Shown one piece after another: positions 37,579 through 46,697 of a stretch of DNA of 64,000 nt; within the stretch, counting starts at the first letter, position 1, and each line of letters starts with the position of its first letter. The notes under the pieces are model-generated. The model was given only the letters and a program-made list of their open reading frames with translations, was not told the DNA's origin and made no database searches. This DNA comes from Kiloniellaceae bacterium (lineage in GTDB: Bacteria > Pseudomonadota > Alphaproteobacteria > Kiloniellales > J153): NCBI GenBank assembly GCA_021776095.1, contig JAJFGO010000098.1:23094-87093 (forward strand), in the 5' to 3' direction. The position numbers and the translations under genes are program-made.

Positions 37579-37872
37579 GGCACCTTAGGATAGCCATCGG
37601 GTCTCGATCTTCAAGAATCGGGTTCCGGAACTTTGAGCCGGCCCTTCGGGAAAATCCCGCGGGGCCGGTTCTCGTTGTGCTCAGATTTCATTTGACTGCA
37701 ACAAACCAGTAACGCTCCAATCCTCAGTTCGCGAAGGGACGATGTTTCCTGACCTGCCGGGTCCCGGCGGGCTTGTGAAATGCGTCTTGGCCCTGCTAAA
37801 TCAGGTTGGCTTTCCGGCGTCCCGAAGGGCGGCGCAGGACGCGTTGAAATGGGTGTGGGATTGGGAAACGAA

Positions 37873-38736
37873 ATGATGCGGTATGAAGCTCCGGAATCCA
37901 CTAAAGCGGCGGTCAAGCTGCTAGCCGGATCCAGGGACCGGGCGCGGATCCTGGCGGGCGGGACCGACTTGCTGGTCCAAATGCGCTCCGGCATGCCCGA
38001 GCCGGCCCTGGTGATCGACATCAAGCACATCGCTGCCATGGGCGCGATTAAGCGGGAAGCGGGCGGTTTCCGGATCGGTGCGGCGGTGCCCAGCGCCGAA
38101 TTGGGAGAACACGCCGGGCTGGTCAAGGCTTGGCCCGGCGTGGTCGAGGCGGCGGGCTTGATCGGTTCGACCCAAATTCAGGGCCGGGCGACTATCGTGG
38201 GTAACCTGTGCAATGGCTCGCCGGCGGCCGATAGCGTGCCGGCCATGATGGTCGCCGGGGCGCGGGCCCGCATTGCCGGACCCGGCAGGCGACGGGACTT
38301 GCCAGTTGAGAAGGTGGTGGTTGGGCCGGGCAAAACCGCGCTCAAGAGGGGCGAACTGATCGAATCGATCTTTCTGCCCAAGCGCCCGGCGCGCTCCGGC
38401 GACGCCTATCTGCGTTTCATCCCGCGCACCGAGATGGATATTGCGGCAGCCAGTGCCGGTGTTTTCCTGACCCTCGATCGCAAGGGCATTTGTACCGATG
38501 CCCGGGTCGCCATCGGCGCGGTCGGGCCGCGGGCTATTCTGGTCAAACCGGCGGCCAAGGCCCTGATCGGCACGCCGCTTGACGAGGCGGCTCTGACCCA
38601 ACTTGCGGCCGCCTGTTCCGCCGCCGCGCGGCCGATCGACGACAAACGCGGCACCAAGGAATTCAGAACCCACGTGGTCGGCGTCCTGGCGCGCCGCGCC
38701 GCCGTGATCGCGCTCAAGCGGGCAAAAGGTGAATGA
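37873..38736 (+). CDS. Molybdenum hydroxylase FAD-binding medium subunit (CoxM/XdhB-like)
   Basis: MMRYEAPESTKAAVKLL...ILAGGTDLLVQMRSG is typical of FAD_binding_5, with a CO-dehydrogenase flavoprotein C-domain. The start is moved from 37780 to 37873. Confidence 0.88.
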   Translation: MMRYEAPESTKAAVKLLAGSRDRARILAGGTDLLVQMRSGMPEPALVIDIKHIAAMGAIKREAGGFRIGAAVPSAELGEHAGLVKAWPGVVEAAGLIGSTQIQGRATIVGNLCNGSPAADSVPAMMVAGARARIAGPGRRRDLPVEKVVVGPGKTALKRGELIESIFLPKRPARSGDAYLRFIPRTEMDIAAASAGVFLTLDRKGICTDARVAIGAVGPRAILVKPAAKALIGTPLDEAALTQLAAACSAAARPIDDKRGTKEFRTHVVGVLARRAAVIALKRAKGE

Positions 38737-39212
38737 TGTCTCAGATTCCTGTAACAACGACGATCAACGGCGACGCGACCGAATTCCTGTGCGAGGCCGA
38801 CGAAACTTTGCTCGACGTACTGCGCGACCGGCTTGAGTTGAGCGGCACCAAGGAAGGTTGCGGCACCGGCGATTGCGGCGCCTGCTCGGTTATGCTCGAC
38901 GGCCGGCTGGTTTGCTCGTGTCTGGTCTTGGGCGCGGAGGCGGAGGGCCGGGAGGTCGAAACCATCGAGGGTATGGCCGAGGGCGATACCCTCCATCCCC
39001 TGCAAAAGAAGTTTCTGGAACACGCCGCCTTGCAATGCGGCGTCTGCACCCCGGGTTTTCTGATCGCTGCGAAGGCCCTGCTGGAAACCAACCTCGATCC
39101 GACTGAAACCGAGGTCCGCTATTGGCTGGCCGGCAATCTGTGCCGCTGCACCGGCTATGACAAGATCGTGCGCGCCGTGCTGGACACGGCCGCCGAGATG
39201 AGGAGCGCGTAA
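38733..39212 (+). CDS. Molybdenum hydroxylase [2Fe-2S] small subunit (CoxS-like)
   Basis: 159 aa. Cluster motifs CGTGDCGACSV and CGVCTPG...CRCTGY. ATGA overlap with the upstream gene. Confidence 0.93.
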   Translation: MMSQIPVTTTINGDATEFLCEADETLLDVLRDRLELSGTKEGCGTGDCGACSVMLDGRLVCSCLVLGAEAEGREVETIEGMAEGDTLHPLQKKFLEHAALQCGVCTPGFLIAAKALLETNLDPTETEVRYWLAGNLCRCTGYDKIVRAVLDTAAEMRSA

Positions 39213-39215
39213 GCT

Positions 39216-41480
39216 ATGCCTGACCAAGGCCAGATCGCCACCAAACGCAAATTCAAGCTCGTCGGCACCCGGCCGGTACGGCCCGACGGGGTTGACAAGG
39301 TCACGGGCCGGGCGCGTTTCGGTGCCGACATGACCGCGCCGGGCATGCTGCACGCCTTGATTCTGCGCTCGCCTCACGCCCACGCCCGGATCAAGTCGAT
39401 CGATACCTCAAGGGCCGAGCGGTTGCCTGGGGTCAAGGCGGTGGTGACCCGCGACGATTTCGCCCTGCCCGAGCGCCGCGACCTGGTCGATATTTGCTAC
39501 AACGTCATGGCGCGGGAAAAGGCGCTCTACGACGGTCACGCGGTCGCCGCGGTGGCGGCGGTCTCGAAGCCGGTCGCGCGCGAGGCGTTGCGCCGGATCA
39601 AGGTTGTATACGAGATCCTGCCACACGTGACCGACGTTGACGAAGCCATGAAGCCCAATGCGCCGATCCTGCATAAAGACATGCGCACCAAGGGGATCGA
39701 CCCGAAACCGAGCAAGGCGTCCAACGTGGCGCGGCAGTGGGAATTCGGCCATGGCGACGTAGACAGGGGCTTCACCGAGGCCGACATCGTCGTGGAGCGC
39801 ACCTTCAAAACCGCGGCCACGCACCAAGGCTACATCGAGCCGCACGCCTGCCTGGCTAGCGTCGGGTCGGACGGGCAGGGTGATCTGTGGTGCTGCACCC
39901 AAGGTCACTACATGGTGCGCAATGCCTGTGCCGGCCTGCTGGGCATGAAGGTTTCTCAGTTGCGGGTGACCGCCTCGGAAATCGGCGGCGGCTTTGGCGG
40001 CAAAACCACGGTGTTTATTGAGCCGGTCGCCCTGGCGTTGTCCCGCAAGGCCGGGCGGCCGGTCAAGCTGGTCATGTCGCGCAACGAAGTGTTCCGCGCC
40101 ACCGGCCCGACCGCCAGCTCCAGCACTGATGTCAAGATCGGCGTCAAAAAGAACGGCCAGATCACGGCGGCCAAGGCGGTGCTGCGCTATCAAGGCGGTG
40201 CCTTTGCCGGCTCGCCGGTTCAGTTTGGCGCCATGACCGCCTTTGCCTGCTATGATTTGAAGAACGTGCAGACCATCGGCTACGACGTGGTCACAAACCG
40301 GCCGAAGCAGGCCGCCTACCGGGCGCCCGGCGCGCCCTTGGCGGCCTTCGCCATCGAAAGCGTGATCGACGAGCTGGCCACTAAGATCCGCATGGACCCG
40401 CTGGAATTCCGGCTGCTCAACGCGGCGCGCGAGGGTACCAAGTCATCTTACGGGCCGACCTTCGGCCCGATCGGCCTGGAGGCGACGCTCGAGGAATCTA
40501 AGGGCCATCCCCATCATCTGGCGCCGCTTGGGCCCAACCAGGGCCGGGGCGTGGCCTGCGGCTTCTGGTTCAATTTCGGCGGCAATACTTGCGTGTCGCT
40601 CAACATCGGCGAGGACGGCACGGTTTGTCTCTCGGTCGGCAATCCGGACATCGGCGGGTCGCGCGCCTCCATGTGCCTAATGGCGGCTGAGGAACTGGGC
40701 GTTCCCTACGAGCGGGTGCGCACCATCATCGCGGATACGGCGGCGCTCGGTTACAACGAAGTAACCGACGGCAGCCGGGTCACCTTCGCGGTCGGTATGG
40801 CGACGATCAAGGCGGCCCAGGCCGCCAAGGTCAAGTTATGCGAGCGCGCCGCCAAGATCTGGGATATCTCGCCGGAGGCGGTGGTTTGGGAAGACGGCCA
40901 CGCCAGGCCGGCCGGTGCCAACGCCGGTACCTTCAAGCCCATGTCCTTGGCCGATATCGCGGCCGTGGCCGGGTCGACCGGTGGGCCGATCGCCGGCCAT
41001 AGCGAGGCGAACGCCGACGGCGCCGGGGTCAGTTTTGCGACCCACATGGTCGATGTGGAGGTCGATCCGGAAACCGGCCGGGTGACGGTGCTGCGCTACA
41101 CGGTGTTCCAGGACGCCGGTAAGGCGATCCATCCCAGCTATGTGGAGGGGCAGTTCCAGGGCGGGGCGGCCCAAGGCGTCGGCTGGGCGCTTAACGAAGA
41201 ATACATCTATGGCGAGGACGGCCGCTTGCAGAACGCCGGATTCCTAGATTACCGGATTCCAGTTGCATCGGACCTGCCCTTTATCGATACGGTGATCCTC
41301 GAGATCCCGAACCCTGGCCATCCCTATGGCGTGCGCGGGGTCGGTGAGACCTCGATCGTGCCGCCCCTGGCGGCCATCGCGAACGCGGTTTCGGCGGCTG
41401 CCGGTGTGCGGCACACCCAACTACCCATGTCGCCGCCACGGATTCTGAAATCCATCATGGAGAAGCGCGACGGGGTCTAA
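39216..41480 (+). CDS. Xanthine dehydrogenase/aldehyde oxidase-family molybdopterin-binding large subunit (CoxL-like; not a form I CO dehydrogenase)
   Basis: 754 aa. Motifs GGGFGGK, AAYRAPGAP and GVGETSIVP. The active-site loop lacks the VAYRCSFR signature of genuine CODH. Confidence 0.92.
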   Translation: MPDQGQIATKRKFKLVGTRPVRPDGVDKVTGRARFGADMTAPGMLHALILRSPHAHARIKSIDTSRAERLPGVKAVVTRDDFALPERRDLVDICYNVMAREKALYDGHAVAAVAAVSKPVAREALRRIKVVYEILPHVTDVDEAMKPNAPILHKDMRTKGIDPKPSKASNVARQWEFGHGDVDRGFTEADIVVERTFKTAATHQGYIEPHACLASVGSDGQGDLWCCTQGHYMVRNACAGLLGMKVSQLRVTASEIGGGFGGKTTVFIEPVALALSRKAGRPVKLVMSRNEVFRATGPTASSSTDVKIGVKKNGQITAAKAVLRYQGGAFAGSPVQFGAMTAFACYDLKNVQTIGYDVVTNRPKQAAYRAPGAPLAAFAIESVIDELATKIRMDPLEFRLLNAAREGTKSSYGPTFGPIGLEATLEESKGHPHHLAPLGPNQGRGVACGFWFNFGGNTCVSLNIGEDGTVCLSVGNPDIGGSRASMCLMAAEELGVPYERVRTIIADTAALGYNEVTDGSRVTFAVGMATIKAAQAAKVKLCERAAKIWDISPEAVVWEDGHARPAGANAGTFKPMSLADIAAVAGSTGGPIAGHSEANADGAGVSFATHMVDVEVDPETGRVTVLRYTVFQDAGKAIHPSYVEGQFQGGAAQGVGWALNEEYIYGEDGRLQNAGFLDYRIPVASDLPFIDTVILEIPNPGHPYGVRGVGETSIVPPLAAIANAVSAAAGVRHTQLPMSPPRILKSIMEKRDGV

Positions 41481-41514
41481 GGTCATGGGGTCCGAGCCGC
41501 GGGAGGCCTGAGCC

Positions 41515-41760
41515 ATGGTCAAGGTTGTGCTCTGGGGGTCGCTCAAACAAGCCGCTGGGGGCAAGACCGAACTCAACCTCGAGGCTAAGAACGTGCGTGA
41601 ACTCCTTGATAGACTGGTGGAACAATACCCTAAACTTGAGGGACACCTGGACCAGGGCGTCTCGGTCTCGATCGACGGCGTGTTGTTCCGCGACGCCTGG
41701 TTCGCTCCGATAAAGCCCGACAGCGAAGTTTACCTCCTGCCCCGCCTTGCTGGGGGGTAG
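41515..41760 (+). CDS. MoaD/ThiS-family ubiquitin-like sulfur-carrier protein (C-terminal GG)
   Basis: 81 aa ending ...EVYLLPRLAGG* immediately before the stop. GGGAGG lies upstream of the ATG. Length and beta-grasp pattern (MVKVVLWGSLK...) fit MoaD. Confidence 0.75.
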   Translation: MVKVVLWGSLKQAAGGKTELNLEAKNVRELLDRLVEQYPKLEGHLDQGVSVSIDGVLFRDAWFAPIKPDSEVYLLPRLAGG

Positions 41761-42089
41761 AAAGGCCTGAATTTCGCGCCGGGCCGCTCACGATATGGGG
41801 AAAAATGGTTCGGGCCTACCCTGATTTTACCGAGCCAAGGTGACACGATCTCCCCGCCTCACTTTTCGCCTGATCGAACCTGGGCAGGGAAGGCGGTCCA
41901 TCCTGGTACCTTCTGTGCGGCCAGCGAAACCCACACGCCCGAACCACGTATAATTGCTAACATATCGCCTTTGAAATTGCTTTGACGTGGGTCAAAACGC
42001 TAAAGAAATGACGGCATTAGGCCAGCCTCTGAGGGCTTTGAGCCGCCAATCTAGGGCCTGGCTTTGTTCCTGCAGGGCTCTTCGGGTCA

Positions 42090-42118
42090 TTGACATCTCT
42101 GGGATATCCTCTGATTAT
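42090..42118 (+). promoter_or_regulatory. Candidate sigma-70 promoter of cspA (TTGACA-17 nt-GATTAT)
   Basis: A perfect -35 at 42090-42095, a 17-nt spacer and a -10-like GATTAT at 42113-42118. This predicts a leader of about 140 nt, as is common for cold-shock genes. Confidence 0.45.
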
Positions 42119-42267
42119 CGGCCTATACGTGCCGCATTTGTTTGGTGTTACCTAGATAACCGGTGCATCGATTTGCTTAGTTATCCCCTGACGATGTGAG
42201 CGTTATACCGACCGGGCCATCGCGTGGTGCGAGGTGCGAGATCAAGATTCTTGTTGAGGACGTGACT

Positions 42268-42477
42268 ATGGCTACTGGTACTGTGAAGTGGTTCAACCCG
42301 ACCAAGGGCTACGGATTTATTGAGCCGGAAGACGGCTCAAAGGACGCATTCGTCCACATTTCGGCGGTTGAGCGCGCTGGGCTAAGCTCGCTGACCGAAG
42401 GGCAGAAAGTTTCCTACGAACTTCAGCCCGGGCAGAACGGCAAGTCTTCGGCCGAGAACCTTTCGGTCATAAAGTAA
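42268..42477 (+). CDS. cspA: Cold-shock protein (CspA family)
   Basis: 69 aa, [34 protein letters not shown], with RNP1 KGYGFI and RNP2-like DAFVHI. The ORF-track start at 42196 is rejected. Confidence 0.94.
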   Translation: MATGTVKWFNPTKGYGFIEPEDGSKDAFVHISAVERAGLSSLTEGQKVSYELQPGQNGKSSAENLSVIK

Positions 42478-42537
42478 CCACACCTTGCGCCGCCTCCAAG
42501 CGACCTTGGGGGCGGCCGATCCGGTCTAGGGTCGAAA

Positions 42538-42569
42538 ACGGCGGTCCCTCGGGGCCGCCGTATTTCTTT
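42538..42569 (+). terminator. Intrinsic terminator of cspA
   Basis: ACGGCGGTCC/GGGGCCGCCGT forms a 10-bp stem with one G-U pair around a CTCG loop, followed by ATTTCTTT. Confidence 0.6.
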
Positions 42570-42612
42570 GTGCGCGCCAGTCTTCGGGGCGGCCCAAGAT
42601 CTGCCGCGTCCA

Positions 42613-43266
42613 TTAACCGAGCGCCGCTCGTAGGCGTGCCATGAGCTCGTCCGCGGTGATGACACCTGATGGCGAGAGATCAACCCCGCCGGCGCGCAAC
42701 ATGCGCCCTGTCCAGGTATTGCAGGTATTGAATAGGTGGAAAGTGCCGCGCGCGCGATAGAAGCGGCTATTGGCATAAAGTCCGCGCGATACCGGCGCCG
42801 CACGACCGTTATCCGCGCGCTCGAAACTCTCCGCGATGGCTCCGATCAGGGCCCGGAGTCCGGCTTGGCTCAGCCCGACCGGCTCGACGTCAACATCCCC
42901 TTTGCGTCGTTCCGGCGGCCGGTCGAGGCCGGCCAGGTGCATAACCGCAGGGGTTTCGGTGAAGGCAGCGGCCAAGGTCATGCCGATGGTTTTTTCCCGG
43001 GCCGGATAGTAAACCCGATCGCCCCAACCGAACTCGAGGACCGCCGCAACTGGGAAATCGGCCACCTCCGGCAACAGGCCGGTGGCTGCCACATCGGCGC
43101 GCTCGACCACAATGGCGGTGTGCCAGCCATTGCTGACCACGCGCACTGTGTGGGCATGGGGCTCCGGCTCGGCCGGGGGCAGGGGGGCCACCTCCGTACA
43201 GCCGGCCAATCCGGCCGCCAAAATCGTACAGACAAACCACGCCAGGGCGCCAAGTGCCGGTCTCAT
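42613..43266 (-). CDS. Lipoprotein of the DUF2459 / TIGR02117 family (conserved hypothetical, seen near urea-metabolism genes)
   Basis: 217 aa. Signal peptide with lipobox LAG-C, and family-like motifs SNGWHTAIVV and EFGWGDRVYYP. The family name is recalled, not searched. Confidence 0.65.
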   Translation of the reverse strand: MRPALGALAWFVCTILAAGLAGCTEVAPLPPAEPEPHAHTVRVVSNGWHTAIVVERADVAATGLLPEVADFPVAAVLEFGWGDRVYYPAREKTIGMTLAAAFTETPAVMHLAGLDRPPERRKGDVDVEPVGLSQAGLRALIGAIAESFERADNGRAAPVSRGLYANSRFYRARGTFHLFNTCNTWTGRMLRAGGVDLSPSGVITADELMARLRAALG

Positions 43267-43324
43267 GGCGGCAGGTTAACACCGGCGCGCAGGATCGGAA
43301 AAATAGGCAGCAAAGGGGATGCCT

Positions 43325-44245
43325 TTACGCCTTGGGGGCGGCGATGGGGCCGTAGTTCTCCGGCTGGCGGTGCAGGGCGAAATTGAAGATATTGTCCTTG
43401 ATCTCGCGGCAACGGTCCAGATCGCAATCGTGGACGATCACTTCGTCGGCCAGGGTTTGACACTCGGCGACGATTTCGCCGGTCGGGGCGATGATGCAGG
43501 TGCCGCCGATCAAATCGCAGCCTTCTTCCAGGCCAGCCTTGGCGACCCCAACCACCCAGGTCCCGTTTTGGTAGGCTCCGGCCTGCATGACCAGATGGTT
43601 GTGGAAATCCTGCAAGTGGTCGTGCTCGGGCGCCGACGGATAGTGCTGCGGCGTGTTGTAGCCCAGCATCACCATCTCGGCCTTGCGCAGCCCGAGCACG
43701 CGAAAGGTCTCCGGCCAGCGCCGATCGTTGCAGATACACATGCCCATGGTTCCGCCGAAGGCCGGGAACACGGGAAAGCCCAGGTCGCCCGGCTCGAAGT
43801 AGCGCTTTTCCAGGTGCTGGAACGGCCGCCAGGGTTCGGGCTCCGAATGACCAGGCAGATGCACCTTGCGGTATTTGCCCACAATGGCGCCGGTGCCGTC
43901 GACCAGGATCGCGGTATTGAAATGGCGGTCGCCGCCTGCCGTTCGGATCCGCTCGGCATAACCCAGGCAGAAACCGACGCCCAGACCGGCGGCGGCGTCG
44001 AACAGCGACCGGGTCTCGGGCCCGGGCATTTCGGTCTCGAAGAAGCTGTCGATGTCGGCCTGATCCTCGAAATACCAACGCGGGAAAAACGTCGTCAGGG
44101 CCAGTTCTGGAAAGACCACCAACTTCGCGCCCTGATCCGCTGCCTGGCGCAGCAGTGCGATCAGGCGCGCGACCGCCGAAGTGCGCGGTTCATCCCGCGC
44201 GATCGGGCCCAACTGGGCGGCGGCGACCCTCAAATCCCGCGCCAT
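43325..44245 (-). CDS. N-carbamoyl-D-amino-acid hydrolase (D-carbamoylase, nitrilase superfamily)
   Basis: 306 aa. It is very similar along its whole length to my recollection of the Agrobacterium D-carbamoylase. Shared motifs are VFPELALTTFFPRW (Glu), GKYRKVHLPGH (Lys), CICNDRRWPE (Cys) and HRQPENYG. Confidence 0.9.
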   Translation of the reverse strand: MARDLRVAAAQLGPIARDEPRTSAVARLIALLRQAADQGAKLVVFPELALTTFFPRWYFEDQADIDSFFETEMPGPETRSLFDAAAGLGVGFCLGYAERIRTAGGDRHFNTAILVDGTGAIVGKYRKVHLPGHSEPEPWRPFQHLEKRYFEPGDLGFPVFPAFGGTMGMCICNDRRWPETFRVLGLRKAEMVMLGYNTPQHYPSAPEHDHLQDFHNHLVMQAGAYQNGTWVVGVAKAGLEEGCDLIGGTCIIAPTGEIVAECQTLADEVIVHDCDLDRCREIKDNIFNFALHRQPENYGPIAAPKA

Positions 44246-44248
44246 GGC

Positions 44249-45508
44249 TCAAGCCGCTCCAACGACCGACGCCGCCTGGGCGCTCTGGCGGACCGATGCC
44301 GCCGGCCGGCCGACGATCGCTTCGTAGACTTCCGGGTCGGTGTCGCCCTCGGTGCCGAACAACAGAATCCGGCTGTCCGCGTTCAGGCCGAAATCGCGGC
44401 GCGCATCGGCGTCACCGGCGGCGGCCAGCAGCCCGGCCAGCCCGGCCACGGCCGATTCCCCGGCGACCAGCGGCGGGTCGCCGAAGCGGCCATCGGCCAG
44501 GATCCGCATGCAATCGGCGGCCGCGTCGTCGTCCACGGTCATGGCGGCCAGGGTAGCCGGCGCCAGTATCGCCCAGGCCAGCAAGGAAATTTCGCCGCAG
44601 GCCAGGCCGGCCATGATGGTATCCAACTCGCCCTCGACCCCGGTCGGGCGGCCGGCCTTGATGCTCTCGAGCCAGCAGGCCGAATCCTTGGGGTCGACCA
44701 GGACCGTGGCCGGCCGCGCAGCACCCAGATCCTGCCAGAACTGGGCGACCACGGCGGCGGCCATGCCGCCGACCCCGGTTTGCAGAAACAGGTGGCTCGG
44801 TGGACCCGACGCACCCAATTGCTCGGCCGCCTCCGCCGCCATGACTGTGTAGCCCTGCATGACGTCGCGCGGCACGTCCATGTAACCCTCGTAGGAGGTA
44901 TCGGAGACGACAAACCAGACTTCGCGCTCGGCGGCTTCTTGCGCCACGCGGACACTGTCGTCGTAGTTGCCGTCGGTTCTCACGACCTGTGCGCCGAAAT
45001 GCTCGATGGCGTTCTGGCGGCCTTGGCTAACGGTGGCGTGGATGAAGATGACGCAGGCACAGCCGAAGGTCTGGGCACCCCAGGCCACCGAACGTCCGTG
45101 ATTGCCGTCGGTTGCGCAACATACCGTAATGCCGCTTGTGATCTCGCGGTAACGCCCGGCCAGAATATCCGGCAATTCGATCTGCGTCCCGGGCAGGCGC
45201 GCGGCCACTTGTGCCAGCAACAGGCGGGCAACCGCATAGGCGCCGCCCAGAGCCTTGAAGCTGCCGAGCCCGAAACGTCCGGATTCGTCCTTGTAGTGGA
45301 CGCTGGCGACGCCGGCCGCGGCGGCGACGCCGGGCAGGGCCACCAGCGGTGTCGGGGCGTAGCCGGGCCAGGCGGAAATGGTCTCGCGGGCCAGGCGGTA
45401 GCCGGCTTGATCGAGCACCGCCGCTTGTTCCGTTCCGTAGACCGCTGCCGGGTCGTGCCGTCGGTTAAGGGCCAGTTCGAACGGAAAGTGGGGCAATGGG
45501 GTCGTCAT
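44249..45508 (-). CDS. dpaL: Diaminopropionate ammonia-lyase (YgeX/DpaL family, PLP)
   Basis: Motifs YKDESGRFGLGSFKALGGAYA (PLP Lys), ATDGNHGRSVAWGA, MQGYTVMA, IMAGLACGE and GTEGDTD. The start is placed at MTTPLPHF (45508). Confidence 0.88.
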   Translation of the reverse strand: MTTPLPHFPFELALNRRHDPAAVYGTEQAAVLDQAGYRLARETISAWPGYAPTPLVALPGVAAAAGVASVHYKDESGRFGLGSFKALGGAYAVARLLLAQVAARLPGTQIELPDILAGRYREITSGITVCCATDGNHGRSVAWGAQTFGCACVIFIHATVSQGRQNAIEHFGAQVVRTDGNYDDSVRVAQEAAEREVWFVVSDTSYEGYMDVPRDVMQGYTVMAAEAAEQLGASGPPSHLFLQTGVGGMAAAVVAQFWQDLGAARPATVLVDPKDSACWLESIKAGRPTGVEGELDTIMAGLACGEISLLAWAILAPATLAAMTVDDDAAADCMRILADGRFGDPPLVAGESAVAGLAGLLAAAGDADARRDFGLNADSRILLFGTEGDTDPEVYEAIVGRPAASVRQSAQAASVVGAA

Positions 45509-45544
45509 GAGTGAACCGATGCAAGATTGTGACACGAGCCGAAC

Positions 45545-45572
45545 GACCGGGCCCCGGCGAAGGGGCCCGGTC
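45545..45572 (-). terminator. Strong GC hairpin between dctP and dpaL (intra-operon attenuator or mRNA stabiliser)
   Basis: GACCGGGCCCC-GGCGAA-GGGGCCCGGTC has a perfect 11-bp stem. There is no clear U-tract, so it is probably not a full terminator. Confidence 0.45.
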
Positions 45573-45600
45573 CACGGACCAGAGGTCGTGAGGCCTCTAC

Positions 45601-46641
45601 TTACTGGGCTTTCTTGATGGCGTCCAACATGGCGTTCAACATGTCGGTGCCTTCCGCGCCCAGCTTCTCGTCGATCAGCTTGCGTACCGCAGGCTGGGCG
45701 ATGGCGGCGAACTTGGTCAACTCGGCGGGTGACACCGCGTTGACTTCCATCTTCTCCGCCAGCTTGGGCAGACCGCGCTCGGAGGCTTCGATGACGCGGG
45801 AGACGCCGCGCCCGGCTTCGGTCGCGACCTCCGAGGCCCAGTCGACGATCGCCCGGTGTTCGGGCGTCAGGCCTTTGTAGAAATCGCCGTTCATGGTCCA
45901 GATGTAGGGTGTGATCACATGATTGGTGATCGAGAGATACTTCTGGACCTCGTCGAACTTGGCGAAGGCAATGATCGGGATCGGATTCATTTGCCCGTCG
46001 GCGACGCCGGTTTGCAAGGCGGTGTAGACCTCGGCCCAGGGCAGGGGGGTGGGCTGTGCGCCGAGCGAGCCGACCATGGTTTGATGGGTCGGCAGGGTCA
46101 TGGTGCGGATGCGCAGTCCCTCCATGTCCTTGACGCTGGTGATCGGCCGCTTGGAGTTGGAGAACGCGAAGAAGCCGCCGCTATCGATCAGGCCGAGGAC
46201 CTTGAGTCCGGTCGTCTTCTCCAAGTCGGTGGAGAATTTGCGGCCGAAGTCGCTGCGCTGATCGATTACCCGGTTCGCGACCGCGATGTTGGGGAAAGCG
46301 AAGGGTATGTCGAACACGCCGACCAGCGGGTAGTGCTGCGCGATCCCGCCGGCCGAGGAAATGACAGATTCCACGATACCGTCGCGGACCTGCTGGATGA
46401 CCTCGTTGTCCTTACCTAATTGACCGTTGGGGAATAACTGAACTTCGATTCCGCCGCCGCTGGCTGTTTCCACCAGGGACTTGAAGATCGTGGTCATGGC
46501 GCCGGAATGGCTTTCGAAAGCGTCGGCCGGGTTGAGGTGGGCGATCCGGATGGTCACGTCGGCGGCCTGCGCGCTGGCGCTCATGAGGCCGGCCGCCGCC
46601 ATCCCGGCGGCCATCTTGGCTGCTGTACGAAGTAGAGTCAT
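45601..46641 (-). CDS. dctP: TRAP transporter substrate-binding subunit (DctP family)
   Basis: 346 aa. Signal peptide ...SASAQA, then a typical DctP pattern (IRIAHLNPAD..., LRIRTM..., PWAEVYTALQTGVADGQ). Confidence 0.92.
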   Translation of the reverse strand: MTLLRTAAKMAAGMAAAGLMSASAQAADVTIRIAHLNPADAFESHSGAMTTIFKSLVETASGGGIEVQLFPNGQLGKDNEVIQQVRDGIVESVISSAGGIAQHYPLVGVFDIPFAFPNIAVANRVIDQRSDFGRKFSTDLEKTTGLKVLGLIDSGGFFAFSNSKRPITSVKDMEGLRIRTMTLPTHQTMVGSLGAQPTPLPWAEVYTALQTGVADGQMNPIPIIAFAKFDEVQKYLSITNHVITPYIWTMNGDFYKGLTPEHRAIVDWASEVATEAGRGVSRVIEASERGLPKLAEKMEVNAVSPAELTKFAAIAQPAVRKLIDEKLGAEGTDMLNAMLDAIKKAQ

Positions 46642-46697
46642 GTCAGTTCTCCTAGCCGTTAGAGGTTGTTACAGGTCTCAGTACCAGCACGGCCGCT

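Noticed and set aside
37579-37872. Possible Moco riboswitch or other leader RNA upstream of the Mo-hydroxylase genes.
   Set aside because: I could not find the conserved Moco-motif elements. Only a generic GC hairpin (about 37636-37672) is present, more likely the end of the upstream operon. A covariance-model scan would be needed.
41987-42199. A 70-aa ORF in the cspA upstream region.
   Set aside because: It has no RBS, a Cys/Arg-rich odd composition and poor third-position GC. It also spans the predicted cspA promoter.
43319-45514. A 731-aa ORF on the plus strand, the longest unexplained ORF in the track.
   Set aside because: It lies antisense to the well-supported D-carbamoylase and dpaL genes. 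The translation is Arg/Gly/Ala/Pro-rich and low-complexity with no motif. This is the typical shadow ORF of high-GC DNA.
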